Shown piece by piece: positions 1-8,918 of a stretch of DNA of 64,000 bases. A program made the position numbers and the translations under genes. Every line of letters starts with the position of its first letter. The first letter of the stretch is position 1. A model generated the notes under the pieces. It saw only the letters and a list, made by a program, of their open reading frames with translations. It made no database searches and was not told the DNA's origin. Source of the DNA: Vulcanimicrobiota bacterium (GTDB taxonomy: Bacteria; Vulcanimicrobiota; Vulcanimicrobiia; Vulcanimicrobiales; Vulcanimicrobiaceae); NCBI GenBank assembly GCA_963755295.1, contig CAVWIX010000001.1:6411-70410 (forward strand). The letters are read 5' to 3'.

Positions 1-1
1 G

Positions 2-507
2 TCGAGGAAAACGGCAATTTACACGGACCCGCAAATCGCGAAGTTTTACTGGGGCACCTACGACATTGACGGTAATCTCTTTGTCGACGGTCAAAACAGC
101 GGCAGCGGCTTCCGCTTCGCGGAGCTGCGCAAAGGCAGCCGCGCGTTCACCGATATTACTCTAAATCAATCCATCGGCTGGCCAGCTGGCGTCCAGTGGC
201 AGCGCGGCCGAATTGCCGTAGGCGATCAAAATAGCCCCGTTATCTATGAGTTCAAGATAAGCGGAAAAAAAGGCCGCAAAGTCGGTTCCTCTCGCCTCGG
301 GAGCGCCGCTGAATACATTAAACAGTTCTGGATTGAGAAACTGGCGCTTATCGCGCCGAGTGAATATACGACAGGAAGCGGGAGTAAGCTGAAGATGACT
401 TCGACGCGTTGTACTTCAAATACCCGGTAGGAGGGAAAGACACTAAGGCAATCACGGACGGGATGCGCTTCCCTGCCGCCGCAGTAGTCAGCGCCGCGAA
501 GCCTTAG
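2..507 (+). pseudogene. C-terminal part of a beta-propeller-like lipoprotein paralog (family A), cut by the window edge and apparently frameshifted between 388 and 428
   Basis: Frame 2 (2-430) reads ...YWGTYDIDGNLFVDGQNSGSGFRFAELRKGS...QFWIEK..., matching the GYD..GNLFVDG / FAEL / WDG blocks of 7892-8914 and 22682-23776. The family-typical end LYFKYPVGGKDTKAITDGMRFPAAAVVSAAKP* occurs only in frame 1 (388-507). Confidence 0.6.
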
Positions 508-1371
508 CTTCGCACCCCGGTTGGCCAGCTTCGACGCGCGCTTTCGTCGCTGACTGCCGACTTTGCTCGTTCGGCGAATGAGGTGATCGTCGAGCCGACA
601 GCCCGCGAGTCTCACGCCGAGCAGCTGAGTGCGAGTGATCCGATCTATCACAACGAGCACGAGAAGGTTGAAGCGCTGCCGCGGAGAGATCCGAGCCAAC
701 GTCGTGTCGCCCGAGACGACGAGTCGGTCACAGGTTCAAACCGTCTCAACGGCGGGTCTTACGCCACAGCAGGCAACCCGAGCGCAGCTCGAATCGGCGG
801 TGCAGTGGGCGCGACCGACCAAACCGCTCTCGGACGGACCCCGTGATCCCAGGCTAGCTGCGTCAATGTCGGGGAAGTTGCAGTTAAGCACGGCCGATTC
901 CGTCGTTCGGCCGCACGTTGCGAACCCGACGGCAATCACGCTGAGAATACCGGCCACAATGTGACTGAGTTACCCTCTTCGCGACACCTTCGAGAGGTTA
1001 CGACGCGAGTCGAGCTTAGAGCCTTACGTCGGCTCCTCCGAGGACCGCGATTGGTGGAAAGAATCGAGAAGGCTCGGAACTCGTTCGCGCACGGCGCGAC
1101 TCGCTCGATTTCTGCCCGCTAAAGTGGACCCGCAGCGGAAGATCAGGGCTGCGAGGAAGCGCGTTGGAGTGTCAGTCTCTGCGCTTTCTGCTGCGTCGCG
1201 CGGAGCGAAGCCATCTCGTTTGCGGCTTTCGCTGCGAGCTGAGCGGGCGCGAGCCCGCGACCTCGCCGGCCCGTTCCGGTTGTGCGGCGTTGCCGGCACA
1301 ACCACCGGCTTGCGTTTTGAAAATCCCTCAACCGAAGCAACGCACCGCAACGACTCCTGGCATGGAAAGTA

Positions 1372-1508
1372 TAGCGGCAAACTTGCGTTCGTGATATACT
1401 TGGCCTAAGAGAACATACCCGACTTACGCCCGCATAATAATGCGGGTGTAATCATGAGTCCCGATGCGATCGTTCGCGCGGGGCTTTTTCTTTTCCCGAG
1501 GTGACGTC
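1372..1508 (+). promoter_or_regulatory. Leader repeat copy 1 upstream of the relaxase: extended -10 TGATATACT (1392-1400), 10-bp hairpin (1425-1450), 16-codon uORF (1454-1504), terminator-like hairpin plus T-tract (1458-1494), SD GAGGTGA
   Basis: Roughly three quarters identical by eye to 4632-4768. Both hairpins are kept in both copies, with a compensatory pair change (A1426:T1449 versus T4684:A4707). Confidence 0.55.
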
Positions 1509-3939
1509 ATGATCTCCAAGTCGGTGCCGGCGCGCTCCCGCACCCGCAGCTTCGGAACCGGCATCGACTACATCACCGAGCATGCCCACGAGCGCGCCTG
1601 CGTACAAGCGAAGCGTTCGTTCGAAGACGGTATCGGATACGCAAGTGCACCGAAAAAGGCAGCCTGGGTGCAGCTGCGCGGGGTGACGTCGGTCGAGACG
1701 GCTGCACTCGAGATGGAGGCAGTCGCGGCACTCTCACGACGGTGCAAGGATCCAGTCTATCACCTCATCGTCGCCTATGCGAAAGGCGAGCGTCCGACGC
1801 GCGAGCAGGTCGTCAGCGACGCGGAACGGCTGCTGAAATCGATCGGCATGGAGCGCAACCAGTACGTGCTGGCGGCGCATCAGGATACCGACAACTACCA
1901 CGCCCACGTCATCGCCAATCGCATCGGCCCGGACGGCAAAGCGAATGACCTGTGGCACGAGCGGATCAAACGCGAACGGACCTGCGCCGAGATCGCGGCA
2001 GAGCGTGGCTGGGAGATCGTCGTCGGCCATCACAACCGCGACATCGTGCAGCGCGTGTGCGGCATCTGTATGCGCCGCCGCCGGATCCGGAGCGGCGTCT
2101 GAGCGATGGTGCGTATCGGCAGCTGCGCGAGCGGGGTGAGCTGCCGTGGCAGGAGAGTGCGCGCCCCTACGTGCTCGATGCCGTCGATCGCGCCAAGGAC
2201 TGGAAAGACCTGCATGAGCGCCTGGCTGCCCACGGCGTCGTCGCGAAGCTGGTTCGGCGCAGCGAGCGGATACGGGGTCTGGCATTCGCCGAGGGGCTCG
2301 AGCGCAGCGCGCCGGGCTGTGCCGCGTCACGCATCGATGCGCGGTGCGCGCTGCCGGCGCTCGAACGGCGCTTTGGGGCATTCATGCCGTCGCGCGAGCT
2401 CGCGAAGGAGACGATCGATGCGACGCGATGGGTGCAAAAGGCGCGAGCAACGATTCTCGCCGCAGTCGACGGTGCGCGATCGTGGGGAGATCTCACACAG
2501 CGACTCGACCGCGACGGGATCGTCGTCAAGCTGATTGCGCGCGGAACGCGCGTTCAAGGACTTGCCTTCGCTCAGGGGCGCGATCCTGGCGCACCAGGCT
2601 GCGGCGCGTCGCGCATCCATCCGCGCTGCAAGAAAGCCGCACTCGAGCAGCGCTTCGGAGCCTGCCCGTTCACGCCGGAGCAACCGCCGAAGCTGGACGC
2701 CGAGCAGCGTTCGCGATCGGGCCGAGCGCGAGGCAAACACTGATCCGCGTTGGGCGCTACGTGACGCGCAACGCATCGTTGATCATGCCCGGACGCGCTC
2801 GGAGTACGCTCAGTATCGCGACCGTTTCTTCGGCGAGCGCCACGTGGCAGCGGCAACGCGCCGTGAGGCAGCATGGGAGCGCGAGCGAGTACAGCGCCAG
2901 TGCGAGGCCAAGCGGCGCCGCGAAGCGCGCCTGCTCTTGCGCGCAGTGGCGCGGCTGGCCGCGCGCGGCGCGATCGCGCGTCAACTCGCGTACTGGTCGG
3001 TCGATGCGGTTATCAACCGCCGGCGCACGCACGAGTACGACGCCGGGCGGGTGCGCTGGGAGGCAACGAAGATCGTGCTGGCATCAGAACGGAAGCTGAT
3101 CCGCGAGGAGAAGCCGATGGACTATCGTTCGTACGTGGCGGAGCGATCTCACGCCGGCGATCTGGCAGCGCAGAGAGTCTTGGACGCACTCGAGTCTCCA
3201 GCGCGTAGCCGGCATGAGCGGACCGCGGAGGCCACATCGCAGCCCGTAACCCTCGACCAGGTGCGCGAGCGTTTGCACGTCATTCGCGCAGAAGTAGAGG
3301 CCCGCTACGAGTACGCTCGCATCGAGCGGCGGGGCTTGACCCGCGTCGAGCGGCCGCCCGCGATCGAGCAGGCGCTCGCGTCGGCGCGCACAGAGATCCA
3401 GGCGCGCGTCAGTGAGGCAACACAGTTCACGCCGGCCGAGCGCGTAACAGCTCGCGCGGCTGGCGAAGGAGCAGCAATCCTGGAACCCGTTTGTGCGCAA
3501 CGCGGCCAAGAAGGAAGCCCTGAAACTGCATACCGCGCAACAGGCTCGCTATGAAGAGGAGCTCACCAAAGCCACGCGCGACTTTGAAAGTGGCGACGCC
3601 CAGCGAGTTCAAGAACGCATTCGCAGCGATGAACGCACCTACCGCGACTACGTCAGCGCGTCGCTCGGTCTCGAAGACCAAATGCGCAAAGCGCGGGCTG
3701 CGCTGCGTGAAGACCTACCGAAGATCGAAAAACAGCTGAAGGTGTTGGAACGTACCGGTGTTGCGCAACTCGAATGCGAAGGCGCGGCGTGGGGCGCTGG
3801 CCTCGACAAGCTCGCAGCGGCCGTCGATCGCGGATACCAGGCGTTGCCGCAGGAGCGTCGGCGGGATGTCGAGTTCGCGATCCGCCGAGAACAGCGCGCG
3901 CTCAATCGCTCGCGCGAATCGATTTCGATGGACCGTTAG
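1509..3939 (+). pseudogene. MobA/VirD2-type relaxase (mobilization nuclease) disrupted by three frameshifts
   Basis: The N-terminal domain carries the relaxase histidine motif HQDTDNYHAHVIANRI (ORF 1464-2102). The protein continues in frame 2 (ORF 1952-2743, two DW(K/G)DL...G(V/I)V(A/V)KL...GLAFA repeats), then frame 0 (2535-3554), then frame 1 (3493-3939). Junctions lie near 2055-2062, 2690-2740 and 3441-3450. Confidence 0.8.
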
Positions 3940-4631
3940 CAGCGCTCAGCTCCATCCGTGCATTCACCAAACCCGAGCTCCGTTGCCGACCGAATCATCG
4001 TGCCAGCGATGTGCCCGACGTGCGGCTCCTTGTAGCGTGTCGGCAGTCGATCGGTCCTTGCGTTGCTAGCGTTTTCGTTCGTCTTTCCATCTTCCTGGCA
4101 CGACATACTAACAGAGCTAGCGCGCGAAGTGCGCCACGATACAGTGGACGTTGCCGTTGTCGAGCAGCATTGCAACTCATATTTGGCGAGTCTTACCGGG
4201 CTGGCTGAGCGCGACCGGCGTCCACGTCACCCCGCGGCCCCTGGCTGGCGTATTAAAAAATGGGCGATCGCAGACTACCTCGATGCTGGGGATCGTGTTG
4301 TGTGCGATTACTGCTTCGAACGGAAAAGAACTCCCGCGAGCGCTCCATGCCTTCTTGCGGCACTGCTAACGTTGCGCGTCGAATTTGATGTAGGCGGGGA
4401 CGGAGGAGCGGAATCTTCACCGTCGCGCGCAGAATGTGCTTCGGCAAGAGTGGGCAGGCGGTGCACGGAGTCGCGGTCGGAAGTAGTCGGAGCAGCCGGG
4501 TCCAGGGTGTGCCGTAAGGCCGAGCGCAGCTCGCCCTGGAGGCGGCTGCTATCATGCGATCGATCCGACTTCGTGCGGAGCCGGTAGGGGGCTCGAAGCG
4601 CGAGGTCGTCGGAAAAGCACTGCGATTGGTA

Positions 4632-4768
4632 GCGACAGGCTTGCATTTGTGGTACAATTTCGGTGACAGAGTGTAGCAGACTTTCGCCCGCATTATAATG
4701 CCGGTGAAACTATGAGTCCCGCAGCGTCAGCAGTTCGCGCGGGATTTTTTCTTTGCGGAGGTGAGGTC
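4632..4768 (+). promoter_or_regulatory. Leader repeat copy 2: extended -10 TGGTACAAT (4650-4658), hairpin (4682-4709, one mismatch), uORF ATG 4712 (here fused in frame to the downstream ORF), terminator-like hairpin plus T-tract (4717-4750), SD GGAGGTGA
   Basis: Second copy of the 1372-1508 leader. Alignment continues into the first ~10 codons (MISKSVPARS versus MITKAVPASR). Confidence 0.55.
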
Positions 4769-5245
4769 ATGATTACGAAGGCGGTGCCGGCGTCGCGCGC
4801 ATCGATTGCCGCTGCGATGGGCGCCGCACGGCTCGACGGCCTTGCTGCGGCCATCGAGCAGCAGTATCAAGCTCTGCCAACGAGATTCGGCGAGAACTTG
4901 AGTACTGCCTTCGCAAAGAACAGCGCGCACGCGACTCCATGGCGATCGACCGATAACATTCGGCCCGACCATCGAGCCGTTCCGTTCTCGGCAGCAACCC
5001 AAGGGTGCGTGACCAGACATGACCACACAATCAATCAGGTCGACGCAGTCCGGCGCGCAAGCGCACGCTTTGCGGACCTGCCGGACATCCTAACCCCACA
5101 CGACGTCATCGCGTTTCTCCCGATTGGGCGGAACGCGGTCTACGATGCGATCAAGCGGCACGCGCTCAAGAGCATCCGCGTGGGCCAGAAAATCCTCATC
5201 ACGAAGGCCGCCCTGCGAGAGTTTCTCGGCGGAAACGTCGTATAA
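4769..5245 (+). CDS. Chimeric ORF: relaxase 5' remnant + relaxase 3' remnant + excisionase/MerR-type HTH domain (a separate xis-like gene may start at GTG 5009)
   Basis: The C-terminal LTPHDVIAFLPIGRNAVYDAIKRHALKSIRVGQKILITKAALREFL fits the excisionase-family HTH pattern. The N-terminus MITKAVPASR copies the relaxase start. ARLDGLAAAIEQQYQALP matches the relaxase C-terminal GLDKLAAAVDRGYQALP. Confidence 0.6.
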   Translation: MITKAVPASRASIAAAMGAARLDGLAAAIEQQYQALPTRFGENLSTAFAKNSAHATPWRSTDNIRPDHRAVPFSAATQGCVTRHDHTINQVDAVRRASARFADLPDILTPHDVIAFLPIGRNAVYDAIKRHALKSIRVGQKILITKAALREFLGGNVV

Positions 5246-5274
5246 TATCCTCGCCTGGACCGCGGAAAGAATCC

Positions 5275-6444
5275 ATGGCAAAACCAAAACACCTTGGGGA
5301 CAAGAAGTACATGATCGTCTACGACGTGCCCCCGCAAAACGGAAAGGCCCGTCAGCAAAAGCGAGAGATCCTCCGCGGCGTGACCAAACACGAAGCGGAG
5401 TTATTTCTTGCCAAGCGCATCGAAAGCGTCGCGCGGGGCGAGTACACCGCAGACGCGGACATGACCATGTCCGACCTCTTCGAGAAGTTCATGACGCACA
5501 AGGCAAAGCGCCTCGAAGCGACGACGATCGATCGATACAAAGGCATCATCGCCACCTATCTTCGCCCGACGTTTGGAAAGATGCGTTTAACCGCACTGCG
5601 CAAGGCGCATCTCATCGAAGCGTACGAGAAGTGGCAAGCGCAGAAGCAGGCGAGGCGTTCGGGTCGGACGATTCGGCACGTGCACGATCTGCTGCGGGCG
5701 ACGCTCAATTGGGCCGTTAGTCTTGACTACGTCCAAACCAACGTTGCCGGCAAGATCACGTCCGACGACCTTCCCAAGGTCTTCAAACCCGAGAGCACGG
5801 TACTCAACGAAAACGAGCTGCGCCACCTGCTGGCAGCGGCGCAGTCGCCCACCTTCCTGGCAAAAAAGCGCGGCACCGTCTCGTCGCTTCCCTGGTTCTA
5901 TCCGGCGTTGGTCTTTGCGGCCTATACCGGGGCCCGGCGCGGCGAAGTCTTGGCTACGCGCTGGCCCGATCTCGACTTGGACGGCGGCACGGTTACGATC
6001 CGTGAATCGCTCGCCCAGCCGCGCTCGGGGCTTGCGTTCAAGCGGCCAAAGAACGGACAGGTCCGCACGGTTACGATCACTTCGGAGCTCGTTGCCGTCC
6101 TGCGCTCGCACAAAGCGAGGCAGGCGGCAGAGCAGGTCTACCTCGGCGAAAGGTACCACCGGGACGACCTGGTCTTCGCGATGCCCAATGGCGTGCCGGT
6201 TTCCCCCGAGGCCTTCGGGGCGGCATTCAAGCGGCTCGTCGAGCGGGCAAAGGTCGCGCGGATTCGGTTACACGACCTGCGAGACACCCACGCTTCGCTC
6301 TTGGCAAAAGCTGGCGTGCCGATCGAGGTGGTCAGTCAGCGACTCGGTCATAGCTGCATCGGCGTCACCGTCGATCGCTACGTGACCGTCTATCGGGAGC
6401 GTGATGCGGCGGCCGCCGCAGCATTCGCGGGATTAGTCGCGTGA
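5275..6444 (+). CDS. int: Tyrosine site-specific integrase (phage integrase family)
   Basis: 389-aa intact ORF. The catalytic-region pattern ...YTGARRGEVLATRW..., HDLRDTHASLLAKAGVPIEVVSQRLGHSCIGVTVDRYVTVY fits R...HxxR...Y. It sits directly next to the tRNA-Glu 3' end. Confidence 0.9.
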   Translation: MAKPKHLGDKKYMIVYDVPPQNGKARQQKREILRGVTKHEAELFLAKRIESVARGEYTADADMTMSDLFEKFMTHKAKRLEATTIDRYKGIIATYLRPTFGKMRLTALRKAHLIEAYEKWQAQKQARRSGRTIRHVHDLLRATLNWAVSLDYVQTNVAGKITSDDLPKVFKPESTVLNENELRHLLAAAQSPTFLAKKRGTVSSLPWFYPALVFAAYTGARRGEVLATRWPDLDLDGGTVTIRESLAQPRSGLAFKRPKNGQVRTVTITSELVAVLRSHKARQAAEQVYLGERYHRDDLVFAMPNGVPVSPEAFGAAFKRLVERAKVARIRLHDLRDTHASLLAKAGVPIEVVSQRLGHSCIGVTVDRYVTVYRERDAAAAAAFAGLVA

Positions 6445-6480
6445 CAAAAACGAAAAGCCGACGTGACAATTCCGTGACAA
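6441..6480 (+). repeat. Three direct copies of GTGACAA (6441-6447, 6463-6469, 6474-6480; each preceded by C) between the int stop and tRNA-Glu
   Basis: Seen directly in the sequence. The position matches where arm-type recombinase sites are expected, but the function is inferred only. Confidence 0.4.
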
Positions 6481-6490
6481 GTCGGCTTTT
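6453..6490. terminator. Bidirectional intrinsic-terminator-like hairpin AAAAGCCGAC-N18-GTCGGCTTTT
   Basis: Perfect 10-bp inverted repeat including an A-run and a T-run, 9 nt after the int stop codon. Confidence 0.65.
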
Positions 6491-6541
6491 CTAGACCGGT
6501 AAAAGCGCCGGATTCCCTCGTGAGATATGCGATTTTGTTTT

Positions 6542-6613
6542 TAGCGCCAACGGGAATCGAACCCGTCTTTCCGCCTTGAAAGGGCGATGTCCTAACCGAT
6601 AGACGATGGCGCC
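6542..6613 (-). tRNA. tRNA-Glu (anticodon UUC); CCA not encoded
   Basis: Manual cloverleaf of the reverse complement GGCGCCATCGTCTATCGGTTAGGACATCGCCCTTTCAAGGCGGAAAGACGGGTTCGATTCCCGTTGGCGCTA: acceptor GGCGCCA/TGGCGCT, anticodon loop CTTTCAA, T-arm ACGGG-TTCGATT-CCCGT. Confidence 0.9.
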
Positions 6614-6718
6614 GCAATCGCTCTCAACACCCTAGCGGCTGGGCCGCGTGCTGTCAACTCGTAGCGAGGAAACTCGCCACGCTCGTGGTTACCCCAGGGT
6701 ACGGCTACTTCCTAGGTA

Positions 6719-7810
6719 TTATTGCGGGGTCAGTAAGAACGCGTGAGTTTGGCCGGCGATCGTGCCTTCGCCCGCGATCTGCCCTGAGTCGTTGATGGCG
6801 TAGGCGCTATTGAGCAGCCATCCCGATTCTTGCGGAATCAGCGAGTTGAGATCGCGCATCTTTCCGCGGCTCCATACGAAAGCGTGGTCGACGTACGTAC
6901 TTCCTTGCGGTTGCTCCGAGCGACCGACGACGACGCCGGCGCCGTTGACCCCCAAACCCCAGCTATAGCCGGTGCTGCCGGGGAGCACGCCAAGGTCTTT
7001 CATTTTTCCGCCGCTCCACAGGTACGCGTGCGCTTGAAGGTTTGCGCCGGTATAGGCTTGGCCGGTGATCTGCCCTTTGGCGTTGATGGCCGCCGCATCG
7101 CTCCAGTCGCCGCCGAGCGTCCCAAGGCTCTGCATCTTTCCCTTGCTCCAGAGAAAGCCCAAAAAGTTTCCCTGCGCGTCGTACGAAATTCCTACGACCT
7201 GTTGCGAATCGTTGATGCCGTAGGCGTTGTTCCAATCGTCTTGAGCGTGACCGCCGAGCGTGCCTAAATCCTTCATCTTTCCGCGCTTGTAGAGAAACGG
7301 GTCGGCGGCGTTGCCGGCGGTGTACGACGAGCCGACGACGATAGCGGAATCGTTAAGAGCGTACGCCGTTGCCGATCCGCCTCCGAGATCGCCGATGTCT
7401 TTCATCGTTCCGTTCCGGTACAGGAAGGCGCGGTACGTTCCGTCGGCTCTAGTGGAATAGCCGGCGACGTCGCCCGAACGATCGATTCCGTTGCCCACTG
7501 CCGTCGTTCCGCCGAGCGTGCCGATATCGACCATGCCGCCGGCGACGGTGTAGGTGAAAGCGTGGTAGGAACCATCGGAGCGCGACGCGATGCCGGTGAC
7601 CTCGCCGCCGGCGTTGATCGCCCGCGCACCGCTGTACGGGCCGCCGAGCGTTCCGAGATCGGTGACCGCATATTTCGCAGCGTGGCGGAGCGGTCTGCCG
7701 GCCGCGGCGCTCTTCCCAGTGGACGACGGGGGAACTGCCGCTGACGGCCCGGAGCAGGCCGCAAGGCCGAGTGCCATCGTCGCGGCGATGAGACCGATCT
7801 TTGCACGCAT
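6719..7810 (-). CDS. HAF-type extracellular repeat lipoprotein
   Basis: Signal peptide with lipobox LGLAAC, then ~8 tandem repeats of the pattern HAF(L/V)(W/Y)..GKM.DLGTLGG..S.A.GIN..G.VVG. Confidence 0.75.
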   Translation of the reverse strand: MRAKIGLIAATMALGLAACSGPSAAVPPSSTGKSAAAGRPLRHAAKYAVTDLGTLGGPYSGARAINAGGEVTGIASRSDGSYHAFTYTVAGGMVDIGTLGGTTAVGNGIDRSGDVAGYSTRADGTYRAFLYRNGTMKDIGDLGGGSATAYALNDSAIVVGSSYTAGNAADPFLYKRGKMKDLGTLGGHAQDDWNNAYGINDSQQVVGISYDAQGNFLGFLWSKGKMQSLGTLGGDWSDAAAINAKGQITGQAYTGANLQAHAYLWSGGKMKDLGVLPGSTGYSWGLGVNGAGVVVGRSEQPQGSTYVDHAFVWSRGKMRDLNSLIPQESGWLLNSAYAINDSGQIAGEGTIAGQTHAFLLTPQ

Positions 7811-7891
7811 CTTAATCGGCTACGTTAGCTTCCGGGTGTGAAAAAAGGCTGAAAGAGGTCCCCGGCCTCAGGGCGTCAAGCCGCGTCCCGA

Positions 7892-8914
7892 TTACTTCTT
7901 CGCTACGCTGATCGTTATGCCGACGAGTTCGTTCGAGTTCTTGACGCCAAACGATTGCGTCGCCGGACCGCCCTTGGGATATGGCCAGTAACCGACCTTG
8001 CGCACCGCCCGGGGCAGCGCTCCGTACGGCATCAAAATCGCATTGCCGTCCAGCCAGAACTGCGTCAGCAGACTGGTATTGTTCCCCTTGAAGTTGACGC
8101 TTCCAACTGACGTGCCTTTAGAGCCGGCCATCTTGAATCGGTAGACGGTGCGCGTATATGTGTCTTGCACCGCAAGGTACTTACCATCCCACATCACTCC
8201 CCCCGGATAGCCGATCGTTTGATCGAGCTTGATGCTGTTCAGCTTGCTGCTGCCGTAGGCGAGTTCCGCGAACTGCGTGTTGTAGCTGCCATAGTCGGCG
8301 CCGTCGACGAAGAGATTCCCTTTGTCGTCGTAACCGCAGAAGAAATACGCGTTAAATGCCTGGTCCTGATAGGAGCTCGCAATGCCGTGCCCGCCGTGGA
8401 AGATCGAAACGCTTCCCGGCCCGAGCGAGAGTGTGCTGGCGTAATTGGCCACCGCGACGTCGCCGCTCTTCGGGTCGACGGCGCAGCCGATCGGGTAGTG
8501 TCCGAAGTCGTTGAGCTCTTGAATCGACTTCGTCCCGCCGTGCTTGAACTCGAGCACGTCGAGGTCGTTCGTGTTTACGACGAACACGTTACCCCTGTTG
8601 TCCGAACAGAGACCGGCAGGCGAGTGGAAGCCCTTGATCAGCCCTACGAGCTTTCCGGCCGGGTATGCGAACATGTAAACGCTGCCGCGCGCGTCCGATA
8701 CGTAGAGCAGATCGCTGCTCTTGGCATCGGGTGAGACCCACGATCCGGCATTGTTAAACCGAGCGTGCGCTGCGGTCATCCGCGTCGCCCCCGATGGTAC
8801 CGCTCCCAGGGGAGCTTGCGGCGCGAGCGAGCCTCCGGCACCGCCGCAACCGGCGAAAAGCGCTGCGCCGATAAGCATTCCGAGGACCAAACGAGCGTTT
8901 GTCATCGCCTTCAT
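7892..8914 (-). CDS. Family A beta-propeller-like lipoprotein (paralog A2), unknown function
   Basis: Lipobox LFAGCGG. Blade-like segments (LLYVSD, NVFVVN, DVAVAN, GYDDKGNLFVDG, WDGKYLAVQD). Starts 5 nt after the stop of the upstream oxidase gene. Confidence 0.8.
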   Translation of the reverse strand: MKAMTNARLVLGMLIGAALFAGCGGAGGSLAPQAPLGAVPSGATRMTAAHARFNNAGSWVSPDAKSSDLLYVSDARGSVYMFAYPAGKLVGLIKGFHSPAGLCSDNRGNVFVVNTNDLDVLEFKHGGTKSIQELNDFGHYPIGCAVDPKSGDVAVANYASTLSLGPGSVSIFHGGHGIASSYQDQAFNAYFFCGYDDKGNLFVDGADYGSYNTQFAELAYGSSKLNSIKLDQTIGYPGGVMWDGKYLAVQDTYTRTVYRFKMAGSKGTSVGSVNFKGNNTSLLTQFWLDGNAILMPYGALPRAVRKVGYWPYPKGGPATQSFGVKNSNELVGITISVAKK

Positions 8915-8918
8915 CCTT

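Larger units (their letters stand above)
1372..6541 (+). mobile_element. Remnant of an integrative mobilizable element (relaxase - xis-like - integrase) abutting the 3' end of tRNA-Glu; left boundary not resolved
   Basis: Gene content and order (relaxase, excisionase-type HTH, tyrosine integrase reading toward the 3' end of a tRNA) is the classical tRNA-integrated island layout. The relaxase is frame-disrupted. No convincing att direct repeat was found by eye. Confidence 0.55.

Noticed and set aside
725-760. tRNA-like GGTTCAAACC segment
   Set aside because: The flanking bases do not form a T-stem, and no acceptor or anticodon arms can be drawn on either strand.
921-936. Possible att repeat of the tRNA-Glu 3' end (CGAACCCG)
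   Set aside because: It is only an 8-nt match in GC-rich DNA, which is not distinguishable from chance.
736-957. 73-aa minus-strand ORF beginning MAGILSVIAVGFATCG (lipobox-like)
   Set aside because: It has no positively charged n-region and a weak, distant SD. The remainder is Cys/Ala/Ser-rich and resembles no family here. The region 508-1370 has several mutually overlapping ORFs with similar third-position GC, so no call could be supported.
3936-4700. Several 60-175-aa ORFs between the relaxase end and leader copy 2
   Set aside because: They overlap one another on both strands and show no recognisable domains or family resemblance. The region probably represents decayed element DNA.
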